Positions 1 to 12,704 of a stretch of 64,000 nt of DNA are shown in pieces. The translations under genes and the position numbers were made by a program. The notes under the pieces were generated by a model. It was not told the origin of the DNA, ran no database searches, and saw only the letters and a list, made by a program, of their open reading frames with translations. Source of the DNA: Podarcis bocagei (lineage: Eukaryota); assembly GCA_964188305.1 (NCBI GenBank), contig OZ076890.1; one strand, written 5' to 3'. Numbering within the stretch: the stretch's first letter is position 1; each line of letters begins with the position of its first letter.

Positions 1-1351
1 TTTAAAAAAAGTACAACCAATAAAACATTTTAACGTATCAAACAGCAAGACACAAATCTCCTCTTCCACACTTCTAAATAATATTCTTAGCATCTCTCTT
101 TTTAAAATCTAATTGTTTTTTTAAAATGAATAAACAAATAATGCAAAACTAATAATGGATTTGGGAGTTTTACTGAACAAAATAAAAGTATGGCTCTAAT
201 ATGGGGTATGGAGGAAAGTGAATCATTTTTACTTCCCTCACCAAAGTCCTTGGATGCACCTGTCGGCAGGGTTTTTATACCAGGGACACCTCTCTCATGC
301 CAACAGTTTTCAGACTGATTACTCACAAAACACTAGGGTAGGTTCACTAATTCCTAGTATTTTAGACACCCCGTAGCTATCCTTCTGAAATCTGGCAGGC
401 TTCATGCTCCCATAAAAGCTACCTGTGGCTGCAAACTGCATCCAATTTGGGAAGAAGATGAAAAAGCTGTAGACTTTTTATTTTTGAAAAATCAAACATT
501 AGAGAAGCCCAGCACAACAACTCCCAGGTGTGTCTGCCTGCCTGTAATTGGGCTCCTATGCCTGCAAATTTCATGCACTTTGACCAGGGGGGAAAGTTAC
601 AGCTTTATTTCTCTATTTATTTCTCGTTATAGTGAATAAAGTTCACAGAGCTTTACTTTACATAGAATGGCTTAGAAACCAAATTACAGAATGAAGCAGA
701 GAGAGCACAGGAAGACCAAGAAAGAGACCAGTTTTTTAAGAAAAACAAAAACAAAACACAGATACAAGTTGAATCTTAGGACCTTCTTTCAGTCTTTCCC
801 TGTGTTTTCCCTCTAGCCCCACCTTTTCTCAGGGAAGAGAAACCAGTTTTTCCAACTCAGAGTAAAATAAAAAAGCAGAGAACATGGAAAAATGCAGTCC
901 TAAGAGATTCATCCTTTCCATTATGCTAGACAAATCTCCCAGGGACCACATTTCATAGTACTTATGATAAGCAAGCTTGCAGCAGCTGGATGGTATGTTT
1001 TCCACATGGCTGATTTATTTTGCATCGAGATCAAATTTTACATTGGCAGCACCATAATGCCAAATGCATTCTTGAGCAAAGTCATGGGGAAAGGACTTGT
1101 GGGTTTGGGATGAAGACGCTGTGGGACGTGCTGCATGTTTGAGCCCGGAAGGATTGCCCAAATTACGTTGCATTCCTTCTGTTTTGTTCCAGGTTCAGAC
1201 TTAGTCTGCAATTTCCACTATTACAAAGCATGACTTAAGTGGCGTATGTTCACAGCACACAGTCTTATGGGTTTCCTATCAGGGTTCTGTGAGTAGAGTT
1301 ATCCGTGTGTGTAGCCTCAAGGCAGTATCTCCTAAAGACTTGAGGAGACAC

Positions 1352-1946
1352 TGTTAACCCATGATGTTAAGGTGATGTGTCTGAATAAGAGCTAAAATGG
1401 CTGAAGAAGGCCAAGATGACATCTGCCAGAAGGATGAGACAAGCCAGGGGCAAACTGGTAGAGAGACACCCATCCAAACTTCTGTTTGTCCCATCCAAGA
1501 GGAAAACTTGCTGTTTACTGCTGAATCAGAACAAATGTCAACCCACAGAAGGCCCAATTCACATTTGTTCTGATTCAGAAACAGTAAACAGCAGGTTTTC
1601 CTGGGGAAAGTGGCAGGACAAAAAAAGGCTTCTCAGCCCCATGACTTGAAATCACAGGACAAACAGAAGTGTCGTTGGACCTATTGAAAATACACATACA
1701 GGTGCTCTCTGAAAGAATCTGTAGTTGCTGATTATCCCTTCCCTCTGAAGATCTGATAAGGAAACAGCTGACTTTGGAGTCGGTCGAGGCATTCAGTGCT
1801 GTATCACCACTTGCCTATTTGTAAATACAAATATTACAAAACATCAATAAACTTCTGGCATCCTCATTCTGAAGGAAACTAAAGCCAGGTTAAATGCTGG
1901 AACCTGTCAAACCTCTCCCTGCTTGGACACTTGGGGGTGTATAACA
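1352..1946 (+). mobile_element. Possible solo LTR (unclassified) containing a long internal hairpin
   Basis: TGTTA...TAACA termini, AATAAA at about 1846-1851 followed by a U5-like tail; no convincing TSD; left end uncertain (1352 or 1365). Confidence 0.4.
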
Positions 1947-2213
1947 TTAATCTGCTATAAGCAGGAAGAAAATATAAGGGAAATAAAAGAGTAAATTGTA
2001 TAGGATTTGTCTTTCTCTGTTCTATAATCAGCTTGACCTTGAAAAGAGTTTTTTTCTTCCTCTCCCTCTCCCTTTCCCTCTCCTTCCTTCCCTTCCTCCG
2101 ACATGCCTTTTATTTTAGCTGGACTTTTACCAGAAGAACACTTGAGTACTGCCTGAACTCTACTGGGATTCAGATTTGCATCTCACATTGCTTACTAAAT
2201 ACATACAGGTGCA

Positions 2214-2246
2214 CTCGCTCTCTCTCGCTCTCTCTCTCTCGCTCTC

Positions 2247-2293
<47 letters not shown>
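2214..2293. repeat. Compound microsatellite (CT)n(CA)n(GA)n
   Basis: Directly visible. Confidence 0.95.
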
Positions 2294-2294
<1 letters not shown>

Positions 2295-2526
2295 TGCCAA
2301 AAGAACATGACAGAATAATATAATTAGGCTGGTTCTCAAGTTCTATGGGTTGCAGCTCTGCTAGAGCAACAGACTTCCATGTATGCATGAGAGCTCCCTC
2401 TCCCTCTCTTGTCCCCTCCAGCCCTCTGCAAACCTTCAAGATTAGCTGTCTTTTAATACTAATTTTAATGTTTTGCTTTTTATAAGCCACTTTGAGGTTT
2501 TATTACAATCAAGTAGAATATAAATT

Positions 2527-2837
2527 GGGCTTGCCGATAAGAAATTCGAAGTTGGCGGTTCGAATCCCCATGATGGGGTGAGCTCCCGTTGCTCGGTCCC
2601 AGCTCCTACAAACCTAGCAGTTGAAAAGCACGAAGTGCAAGTAGATAAATAGGTACCACTCTGACGGGAAGGTAAACAGCATTTCCATGCACTGCTCTGG
2701 TTTGCCAGATGCGGCTTAGTCATGCTGGCCACAAGACCTGGAAGCTGTACGCCAGCTCCCTCGGCCTATAAAGCGAGATGAGCGCCGCAACCCCAGAGTT
2801 GTCCGCAACTGGACCTAACAGTCAGGAGTCCCTTTAC
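2527..2837 (+). mobile_element. Sauria SINE, slightly 5'-truncated
   Basis: B-box GGTTCGAATCC, body GCAAGTAGATAAATAGGTACC, tail CCCTTTAC; perfect 13-bp TSD TAGAATATAAATT at 2514-2526 and 2838-2850. Confidence 0.93.
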
Positions 2838-3018
2838 TAGAATATAAATTCTGTTAAATAAACAAACCAAAGCAAAAACCAACTTTCCTCCTCCTCCTCT
2901 TATTCAGTAAGTAACATTCATCTTCACACAGGGAGTTTCCTTCTTTGCTCCAGAAAGCAACAACCAATGAAGGAGAGCAGGGATGAGGGAAAGTACACTG
3001 CAATGACATCATCACATA

Positions 3019-3382
3019 AAAAGGTAAAGGTACCCCTGCCCGTACGGGCCAGTCTTGTCAGACTCTAGGGTTGTGTGCTCATCTCACTCTAGAGGCCGGG
3101 GGCCAGCGCTGTCCGGAGACACTTCCGGGTCACGTGGCCAGTGTGACATCGCTGCTCTGGCGAGCCGGCACCAGCACAGCACACGGAACGCTGTTTACCT
3201 TCCCGCTATAAAGCGGTACCTATTTATCTACTTGCACTTTAAGGGTGCTTTCGAACTGCTAGGTGGGCAGGAGCTGGGACCAAAAGACGGGAGCTCACTC
3301 CGCCGTGGGGATTCGAACTGCCGACCATACGATCGGCAAGTCCTAGGCACTGTAGTTTTACCCACAGCACCACCCATGTCCC
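3019..3382 (-). mobile_element. Sauria SINE, full length, divergent subfamily
   Basis: Reverse-complement head (GGATTCGAAC B-box), core GGTACCTATTTATCTACTTGCAC, (ACCTTT)n tail seen as AAAGGTAAAGGT. Confidence 0.92.
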
Positions 3383-3580
3383 TTTTATACATTATTATAT
3401 ACAGTATTACAGTTTGGGGTGGGAAGGGGGCTTTCACCAGTGATCTGTGACCATACATTAGTTTGTACTATCATTCACCTTCAACCATAGAGCTAACACC
3501 TGCTGAGCTGGACCACAGCTCCTACCTTTTTAGACCATTGGCCATGGGGATGAGAGAGTAGAGAGTCCAACAACACTTGG

Positions 3581-4073
3581 TGTCAAGGGGGCTTCCCAGC
3601 CGAGGAATGCACATGGCAGAGAGTTAAGTATATATTGTCAAAGATAACACTTGCAGTCGCTTCTACAGCTCTGGATATCTACGCATGCCAAGCTAATGGC
3701 TAGGCAGCTATTCCCAGGTCTGCACTCCATGGACCTCAACCCGTTTATGTACCTTCCCCTGATGGGCTGCTGCACGCATGTAGCCTGCATGGAAATTTTC
3801 TCTGTGCATCCTGTTTCAACCCCCTCCTGGTTCTGGGAGAGTGTTGCAGGAGAGGGTGGGCAAGCACCTGTCCCTTCAGTTCCCTGACCTGCTTCTTCCT
3901 CCCCTTCTTCTCTGACCCATGCTGTTCTCCACCTTCCAGCTCTGAAGCTTCTCCTGCCTCTGATTCTTGCCTCCTGCCTGGTACAGCCCCCCCAAAAAAC
4001 CACTGCTCCCCCTCTCCCAAGTCAGACTCCAGCCCCCTGCCCCTGGTGCACACTCACCTGCCAGTCCCTGACA
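3581..4073 (-). mobile_element. Solo LTR (Gypsy/BEL-type, unclassified)
   Basis: TGTCAAGGG...CCCTGACA termini; 5-bp flanks CTTGG/CTTGA; purine-rich minus-strand interior resembling 20868-21440. Confidence 0.65.
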
Positions 4074-4203
4074 CTTGAAGGGCCACAGGGTCACCACCCA
4101 GCCTAGGGCTAGCCTAAAGTGATAAGGATATAAATAATCCTTACTCAATGGTCCCAGTGTATCCCATAGTAGTGTGTGATCTTCTATGCAGGTTCAGAAT
4201 CTA

Positions 4204-4400
4204 AGCCCGCACGCACACGGCATGTTTAAACCACATTTAAAGCACATGACTTCCCCTGCTCAGGATCCTGGGAACTGTAGTTTGTTAAGGGTGCTGGGGA
4301 TTATAGCTCTGTGAGGGGCATACTTGCAGTTCCCAGGATTCTTGGGGGGGGGGAATTATGTGCTTTCAATGTGCTTTAACTGTTAGGTGTGTATGCAGCC
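4204..4400. mobile_element. Palindromic MITE (PIF/Harbinger-like)
   Basis: Self-complementary arms AAAGCACAT..CCTGGGAACTG / CAGTTCCCAGG..ATGTGCTTT; partial second copy near 13000-13110. Confidence 0.7.
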
Positions 4401-4465
4401 TCTGTCTGCAAGAGTTCTGAAGTCTTGCAAGTATAGCACCAAAGCTTGCCTACAAAATACTACTA

Positions 4466-5142
4466 CAGTGGTGCCTCGCAAGACGAAATTAATTCGTTCC
4501 GCGAATTTTTTCGTCTACCGAATTTTTCGTCTTGCGAAGCACGGTTTACTATAGGAATGCATTGAAAATCAATTAATGTGTTCCTATGGTCAAAAAAAGT
4601 CCAAACAAAGCCAAATTTGGTACAACAAGAGTTTATTAAGTGCTCTTTAAAGTCACACATACTGTAAAGAGCATTTCAAAATTCAAATCCAGAATTTTTT
4701 TAAAAAAACAGCAGAGTGACCCAATGGTCACAGAAAATCATAAAAATGCAGAAAAAACACACACAAGCTTCCAGATTCTTGCAAACCCCTTCCCAACACC
4801 AAGTCCTTGAATTCCAAACACCCCAACCCAAAATCCAAACCCCCCAAAAAAAGTTTTAAAAGCTTAACTTACCAAATGGCTGCAAAAGAAGTTTTGGAAA
4901 AGCTTCAAAAATCACCAAAGTCTTTAAAAACCTCAAAAAAGGCTACTATGTACACTGCGTTCTATGAGTTGCTCCTCAAAGTCAAGTCGCAACTGTATTA
5001 ACGGTGTTAAGAAAAAGGAAACAAACTTGCAAGACGTTTTCGTCTTGTGAAGCAAGCCCATAGGGAAATTCGTCTTGCGAAGCAGCTCAAAAACGGAAAA
5101 CCCTTTCGTCTGGCGAGTTTTCCGTCTTGCGAGGCACCAGTG
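4466..5142. mobile_element. Tc1/mariner (Tigger/pogo-like) non-autonomous element, family A, 677 bp
   Basis: TIR CAGTGGTGCCTCGCAAGACG / CGTCTTGCGAGGCACCAGTG, TA on both sides, subterminal CGTCTTGCGA repeats. Confidence 0.9.
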
Positions 5143-6159
5143 TACTACTACTACTAATAATAATGAATATATGCCTATGCAGAGTAAAATGGTCTTTATC
5201 CTTTTAAAAAAATCAAAGATAAATCTTACAAGCTGCCTAGTTTTACTGAGCAGGAATGTGTCTGCCACATGGCTCTCTCACTGGAAATAAGTATGCTATG
5301 CAAGTTGGAAGGGAATGGAGCACAGGATATATAGGTCAGGTGTTTTCCCTTATGTAGGTTTCTTTTCTTGAGAAACACCTTTCCATCCAAAAACACACAG
5401 CCACCTGGGTATTTCCAGCCTGAACTCAAATCTCCCCCTGCCCCTAAATGAAAATATGTTCAGTTGGCAATCCTCCCACTACAGAAACTGCACTCAACTC
5501 CAAGTTAATATCAGCAAATTTAAGTGCAGGGCATAAGAGGTCAGGCAGCTGTTTTTAAAAATATATCTACAACATATACGGAAGATAAAGGCAAAACCGA
5601 AACTGTGTTGTCACAACCGATAGGAATGTGCATGCAATTTATCACTGATATAACTGATATTTTTTAATGGGGATGGGAAACACAGGATTAGACCAATTTG
5701 CAACGACATCTGTACATCATCTCATACACTTTTGCTTGCATGCATTGTGTTCATACATCTGTCTGAATTACAGCCACAAGCTGTCTCAGAGGGGAGGAAA
5801 AATGAGCTGTTCTAATTTGGCACAGCAGCCTGTGTGTTGATGTACGGCATTTAATTTAGCTAGGATTTACATATTCCTTATTTAAGCCATACATCAAACT
5901 GCACATAACACATTTTTATAGCTGCTGCCTCACTGGTTATGGTACCACCCCCGCCCCCCGCAATGCCAATGAGGATCCCATGGTCACTGCAGGTAAGCAC
6001 CTAAGGTTCAGAAGAATATAACATAAGAAGAATCCTGTTGACCAGACCATTGGTTTTCCATCAAGATCTAATGGATCGGTGAGCCTCTTCAGTGGTGGCC
6101 CCATCTCTTTGCGTCTCCATCCCAAGAGCCCCTTCTTTATTATTATTGAGAATATTATA

Positions 6160-6421
6160 ATGCATGCAGCACATAAACTATGGAAATTGTTCCCACAGGG
6201 GGCAGTGATGGCTCCCAACTTGGCCATTAATGGAGGATAAGGTCATCAATGGCTACTAGACATGAAGTCTATCCTCTGCGTTGGAGGCAATAATGCTGCG
6301 GAATACCCTTTGCTGGAAAATGCATGACGGGAGAGGGCTCTTCTGCTCAGGTCCTGCTTGGTTTTGCATAGGCATCCAGGTGGCCACTGGATGGACCATT
6401 GGCCTGGTGCAGGTTCTTATC
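6160..6421 (+). mobile_element. CR1-type LINE 3' fragment (decayed)
   Basis: AAACTATGGAA..CCCACAGGGGGCAGTGATGG..ATCAATGGCTACTAG end of ORF2 and 3'UTR ending GTTCTTAT. Confidence 0.6.
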
Positions 6422-6821
6422 TGTTGCAAAAAGGCTTTGAAAATGCCTGCATTTTAATCTACTTTTAATTAAAGAGTTGTGCTAGGCATTAGCAGGTGGT
6501 ATGATGGCGCTGCACAGTTCCCTGACTTCCCTCTGGCTGGGAATGGGAATGAAAATGGGAAGAGTGAGCAGCAGCAAGCGTAGGGCAAACCTTTTCGTAC
6601 TGCACTGATCTCACCACTGCCTCTCCATCCTAGTTTGCATCATCAGTTGCTGGGCTTCACAAGACTGCTGGTTTTACTTTATTATTAGTATTTTCCACTG
6701 AAGTGTTTGTGCTAGGTTTTGAACTGCTCTTGCTTACATTTTTGCAGTTATAGGTGACTTGATTTCATGACACTGTTGTTGAATGATTATTATCAGTTGA
6801 AATATTGGGACTCACATAGTT

Positions 6822-7165
6822 CAGGCACGTCCAACAGGTTTATCGTGATCTACTGGTAGATCACTGAACGTCTGTGGTAGATCACTGGTAGATCACTGGC
6901 TCCCCCCAAAGTAGCTCAACCACTTTGCCCTGCACCCCCAAAAACAAGGCTTTCCTCCCTAAAAAGCTCAAAAATTCTAACCTGAACCCCTAAAATATGG
7001 GGCTTCCCTCCAGAATCCCAAAAAAGATCAGAATCCCAAAAAACAGGGTTTTCCTTCCTAAAAAAACTCAACAACTTTGACCTGAACCCCCCAAAAGGGG
7101 GTAGATCACTGCCAGTTTTTAACTCTGTGAGTAGATCATAGTCTCTTGGGAGTTGGCCACTCCAG
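6822..7165. mobile_element. hAT-type non-autonomous element
   Basis: Imperfect TIR CAGGCACGTCCAAC / GTTGGCCACTCCAG, subterminal GTAGATCA(C) repeats at both ends, internal CTCAAC..CCTGAACCCC repeats; TSD degenerate. Confidence 0.7.
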
Positions 7166-7386
7166 GATTGGTTTAAAAAGACATCCTTATAAAGTGAGAT
7201 ACAAGTGTGTGCATAATTTTTTAAAAAGTATCATCTAATACATTGTGTTTTCCAGAACAACCACTGGCAAGCACACAAGCCAGACAGGAAAGCAATATCT
7301 CTCTGCCTCTGCTGCTCCCCAGAAGCTGATATTCAGAGGTATGTTGCCTCTGATCCTGGAGATAACATCCAATGATCACAACGAGT

Positions 7387-7757
7387 GAAGGTCAAAGGTC
7401 AAGGACCCCTGGAGGGTTACGTCCAGTCAATGGTTGCGGCACTCATCTCACTTTCAGGCCGAGGGAGCCAGCATTTGTCCACAGCTAGCTTTCTGGGTTG
7501 TGTAGCCAGCATGACTAAACCACTTCTGGCACAACAGAACACCGCAATGGAAGTCAGTGAACATGGAAATGCTGTTTACCTTCCTGCCGCAGTGGTACCT
7601 ATTTATCTACTTGCATTTGTGTGCTTTGGAACTGCTAGGTTGGCAGGAACTGGGACAGAGCTATGGTAGCTCACCCCATCACAGGGATTTGAACCGCCGA
7701 CCTTCCGATTGGCAAGCCCAAGAGGCCCAGTGATTTAGACCACAGCAACTCCCGCAA
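7387..7757 (-). mobile_element. Sauria SINE, older copy
   Basis: Core GGTACCTATTTATCTACTTGCA, degenerate B-box; flanked by a 31-bp direct repeat (7356-7386, 7758-7788) with 4 mismatches. Confidence 0.9.
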
Positions 7758-7807
7758 CTGGAGATAACATTCAATGATCATGACTAGTATCTACTGATGG
7801 GAACATA

Positions 7808-7977
7808 AGGTTGCAATACTCACCCCACTCACCTTGAATTCAATAGGAAATACCCCTAATGGACATGCTTAGGATTGCACTGAAACTGCCCATTAGACTG
7901 CAATCTTAGACATGTTTACCTGGAAGTAAGTCTCAGCGGGACTTACTTCTGAGTAGACATGCCTATGATTGCACTGT
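7808..7977. mobile_element. Two adjacent short palindromic MITEs
   Basis: TGCAAT...ATTGCA ends; second copy has AAGTAAGTC/GACTTACTT arms. Confidence 0.55.
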
Positions 7978-8719
7978 TAATGACTAGATTTCATTCTTCA
8001 GGTTAAAAGCAGAATAAGGGCTTCTTTGCCCCTTACGCCTTTTAGGTATATTCCTACACTACTTGAAACATACATGCAAAAATATCAAAGTGTGCATGTG
8101 CCAAACAAGTGCTTGTAATTGTGAATTATGCAAGTAAAGAGCTTACTGTGATTCACTGTCAAATCTATGCTCCATAATAAACCTGAGTTTCCTGCCATGT
8201 AACAGCAGTTTACGAGGCGTTAATTAGACTGCAGGACAGTTAACAAAAACTGCACAGATGCTCTGGGTAATTATAATAAGAAATCAAGAGACAGCCCAGT
8301 TTTATTTTTTATTTTGCATTCAAATTCATTCAAGTTGGCAGGCAGAAGTTCCGGCCTTCAGCTATATTGAAGAATTCAAATTTATATATCACACAATTTG
8401 GCACTCTTAGAGCAGAGCAAAGCTGTGTGTTGTTTTTTTTAAAAAAACAAAAACAAAAAGCCACATGCACACCTAAATGCAAAGTTGTAGAAATATTATG
8501 ACACTTTCTCATGATTTGCAAATTTTAATAAAATAAAAAAACATGGAAATGTCACCTATCAAATATGTTTAAAGACCTTTCATGGGTTGGTTGGTTGGTT
8601 TTAAAAAACATTTTCTCCTGTTGCAAATGGGCAACCCTGCTTTTCTGTAAACTATTTAATATGCACTGTATTAATAACATTTGTGTGTCTCTCCTCCTGA
8701 TTCACTAGGTGGGTACATA

Positions 8720-8943
8720 GGGCAGTATAGAAGTAAACAGTTCTGCCAGTGCAGGGACTTCTAGCTTCCCAATGGAACTTCCTTGCCCCTTTCCTCTCCC
8801 ACATGCTACTTAGGAGGATTTGGGAAAACTCTAAAACAGATTTATGGGTCATATGGGGACACATGGACAAGAGAAGGCATGGAAATTCCTCTGCACAGCT
8901 GAAAGTCCTTGTAGTGGTGGAACTGTTTAGTTCGATTCTGCCC
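8720..8943. mobile_element. MITE with ~41-bp imperfect TIRs (Harbinger-like)
   Basis: GGGCAGTATAGAAGTAAACAGTTC... matches the reverse complement of ...GAACTGTTTAGTTCGATTCTGCCC. Confidence 0.7.
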
Positions 8944-9395
8944 ATGGTCTAATTTATGACGCTTCTAACTGTGTCATCCTGTGCTCATGCTCTTGCCTTG
9001 TGGCATAGGGGATCTTGGGAATTAAGTATTCCGTCGTCATTTGTTATATAAGGGAGTGCCTTGTCATTTAACACGAAACTCTTGCAATATTAAAAAAAGT
9101 GCTAACAATGAAATCCTATCATCCTATCATCATGAGTAGAATTGGACTTTCTGCCATGGAAGCATGGGACTTACTACCACATCAGTACTATTCAGTGTTT
9201 CACAATGATTAGCCCCGCCCCTGATGCTGCACACACTGACTTGTCTCACCTCTAAGCATCTGCACATGCAGCATAGACATCTTCAGCAAAGAAGCTTTTG
9301 TGTATACAGCAGTGTATGTGAAGGGCCCCACATCTTCTGGAGTGCTGCATAACTGGTTTTCCAAACTGTGTGGAATCCTATGCGGGAAGGCCTAC

Positions 9396-9524
9396 CTGAC
9401 CCTGATAGGGATGTTTGCATTGTACAAGTGGCCGCCAGAGGGCATGGTAAGATGGAATGTGGATTACTGCGGGTGCAGATCCTTGCTGAGGCACACTGGT
9501 ATTGATGCAACATGCGAGCAACAT
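9396..9524 (-). CDS. Candidate alternative first coding exon of an unidentified gene (MLLACCINTSVPQQGSAPAVIHIPSYHALWRPLVQCKHPYQGQ)
   Basis: ATG with purine at -3, 43 open codons, phase-0 donor CAG|GTAGGC, non-repetitive context; a second frame is also open; no homology recognised. Confidence 0.3.
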
Positions 9525-10292
9525 TTCTGAAGGGGGAAGTCTTCAGTGTCTTGACGGCTGGCATTGCCCCTGAGAACAGGGCCGAGTTGTGCTTTCCATT
9601 CAATCATTGAAAGTTCAGTTTATGTGCTGTGCTAATGTTATTCGGTAGAAAGGCTACACTACAAGTTTGTTAGTTGCCTTGTTTGTTTGTTTGTTTGTTG
9701 GAGGAAAAGAGGTGTAATCATAATGGAACATCTGTTGAGCAGTTAGGGAACATAGTGAAAGTGATATGCATATTGCTCCATGGACCATGATGCTATTTAA
9801 ATGGTAATACAGAGTCCACAATCACTAGGCAGAATTACAGAAACCAAGCCATCTATCTCCTGATCAGTTCTTAAAAATTAATGGACCATGAAAGCTTGGA
9901 ATACTTGCTGATTAAAGGAAAGTGATCAAGAAATTCCCTCTCTTTTGTTACATGACCACCTTCCTCTGTATATAATTACCCTTTGGTAGGCCATCCCTTC
10001 CTTTACTGCTTGAACAACTGAGAGGTTTTTTTTAAAAAAATAAAAATAAATCTGCAGTCTCTGCAGCAAGCATGAACGAGAAGACGATCATCTTCTCTGG
10101 CATGCTCCTCAATAACCTCACACATGTGGTTAGCTCATGTAACCTAGGCTGATGTAACAATCTGGTATGTATTGCGGCAAACTGCTTCCATTATCTTTCG
10201 CCAGGTTTGGCTGCCAACTCGACTGGATTTGTTGAAACAGCGTGCTTTTCCCAAGCCATGCTCATTCTTTCTCTTAGCAACACAAAAGCTTC

Positions 10293-10300
10293 TGACGTCA
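10293..10300. promoter_or_regulatory. Full palindromic CRE (TGACGTCA)
   Basis: Exact consensus retaining its CpG in CpG-poor unique sequence; function untested. Confidence 0.35.
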
Positions 10301-11943
10301 GTGTGCTTATTTTGGAAAACTATCCTCCCTCTTCACTGTAGTGTTAGAGCACTTGGCATCCCCAAGGGCTCAGAAGTTGAACGCCTTCAACTTGCAAATT
10401 AATTGACTAGGTGGAGAATCCACCCTGAGACAAAGCAAGGAGTTGATCCAGTTTCAAATTACGGTAAGTTTGGGAATCAAACCTAACTTTAGATTGCTTG
10501 GGTTGTGCCTACTCCAGCATTACACACAGAGAGAGATGCAATGCCTTCATTTTCCCATAATAAAATTTTGTGTTACCAGCAACTTTTACCACTTGTAAAT
10601 AGTATATTGTATATTGAAACTAGTTCTAATCACTGCTGAGAACCCAATGAAGATAATGGTCAAGGGGATTAAAACTGATTGATCAGAAGTACCGGTAATT
10701 CAAAATAATTTGAGCAGGTTCTTTGCAAGTGAGCATGTCTTATGCATGCAGAGGTCCAATGAAGCATTGGAACTCACAGGAGAGATTTCGTACTCCCTAA
10801 TCCCAAATGGAGGTGTCTTATGATCCCTAGTCATGTGTTCAAAATAAGAACGCAAAGAGGGGACAGCATGCATGAGCATCCATGTCTGTCTGCCACCACT
10901 CTCCATGTGTTCAGGAGTGACTGTGTACAACACAGCGTTCACTGCATGAGTACAGGAGGCTTCCCCTGCTACAGACAGTGCTTTGAATACATGTAGGGTA
11001 ACATGGATCCTTCCTTTCCCCCTCTTTGTATGTTTATTTAAGTCAGGGATGGCAAACAGGATCTTGCCAATGAGTTGGCTTCTGCGCTCCAGATGAGCCG
11101 TTTCAAAAGGTGGGAAGAGCTGTCCATCTGTGAGTCAGCAATCAGCTAACATCCAAACAGCAAGTGACACAACTTTAAAGGAAATAATAGAAAATGTGCT
11201 TAAGTTTTTTCTTCTTTTTGCAGCCATGGCTTGAACACATTCCAAGCTCCAAAGGAAAAAACGTTCCCTTGCAAACTCGGCTAATTTAAGTCACACCTTG
11301 CAAAGGGACTTTTTTTTTCTGTTGCAGCCCAGTTTGAGTTCAAGATGTAGCTGCAAAGGGGGAAATGTTCCTTTGTGAGCATAGCTAACTCAGGCTGTGG
11401 CTACTAAGGTTGGCAAAAAAGAAAAAAAAAGATGCCAAATTCAAAGGAAGAACCAGGAGTGCATTTAGAGTGTGCACCTGATTTTTTGTTTGTTTGTTTG
11501 CAGCTGTGACATACAATTTCTCATGCTTGACATTGTGATGTTGGATAAAGTAGGTGCGGTTTGCTCCAACTAGGCCCATAGGCTACAGACTCGCCACTTA
11601 CAAATACAAACCCGTCAACGGCCCTGGAAAAACTGGGACATCCCATTTTCTCCCTTGAGAGCACAGCAGCCATTTTGGGCATACCACATGGATGGATTGG
11701 CAATGCATTCAGTTGTACCTGGAAGTTTGCCTGAGAGCACTTAAGAGAGTGGACTGAGATCCTGTTTTTAACATTCAGATCAAATTCTTCATCAGCAGTT
11801 CTTTTTACTTCTGTTATAGCTTCTTAAAAGTTCTCTTTCTCTTCCCCCAGGGGCTTAAGAGCTTGTGACCAGTCTTAGCTTAATCAGTTTCTGATTAAGG
11901 AACCTAAATTTTGTGTTAAAGTTAGATCATAATTTTTGTTTAC

Positions 11944-12035
11944 CTTTCCAGGTCTGCTGCTCCTGCTTCTTTCTTCCTCGGGCACCATATTGCTTTTCTG
12001 TGAGGTTGAGATGTCTGATGAATGCTCCACGGTTA
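11944..12035 (-). CDS. Candidate 92-nt exon (xTVEHSSDISTSQKSNMVPEEERSRSSRPGK)
   Basis: Acceptor CTCTCTCCTTCAG, donor AAG|GTAAAC, purine-rich ESE-like body, open in phase 1 to 0; internal ATG in strong Kozak context (AATATGG). Confidence 0.45.
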
Positions 12036-12704
12036 CTGAAGGAGAGAGCCACAGGTTAAGTGGGTCTGCTTTGTTTTTCTTTCTTCTAGAAAGTGTGTCC
12101 CATCAGTGGCTCCTGTTTTAAGAAAAATAGAAATTTTTAATTCAGTAGCATTTGCTTATTTAAGGACTGAGGCAAGACAGTCTATGCTGCCATATTGGTC
12201 AATGGTTGGCCACGCCCCGGCAATGGATTCAGAAGTGTATTTCTTCATGCTGCATAATCAACACACAGAATTTGCTACCACAACATGGTTTGTTAGAATA
12301 ATTAAAGACAGGCCTACCAGAAGCTATTCCCCATGAAGGCTAAATGGGACCTCCCTGTTTAGAGGCAGAGTATGACTCTGAATGCCAACTCTGAGATGGG
12401 GAGGGAGTCTGAGGAAGGTTGTTGCTCCTCCATGATCTTTGTGAGGGAAGGGAAAAAGAAGCTGCCTGACCAGCTGCTTACTCATGTCTATCATCACCAG
12501 CAATCAGCTTAATTGGATGGCAGCTGGGAAAGGGTGGGGCTGAAGGGATGCTGTAAACTTCCAAACTCCTTCTGAAAGCTTAGAAGTCTCAGAGAGTCAG
12601 AGAGGAGGGTGCCTCTTGAGGGGGGTAGGGCAGACACGTGAGAAAGACAGCCCTGAACCTGTGAAGGGGTAAGATGGGAATATCCCTTCCCAACAATGAG
12701 TCTA

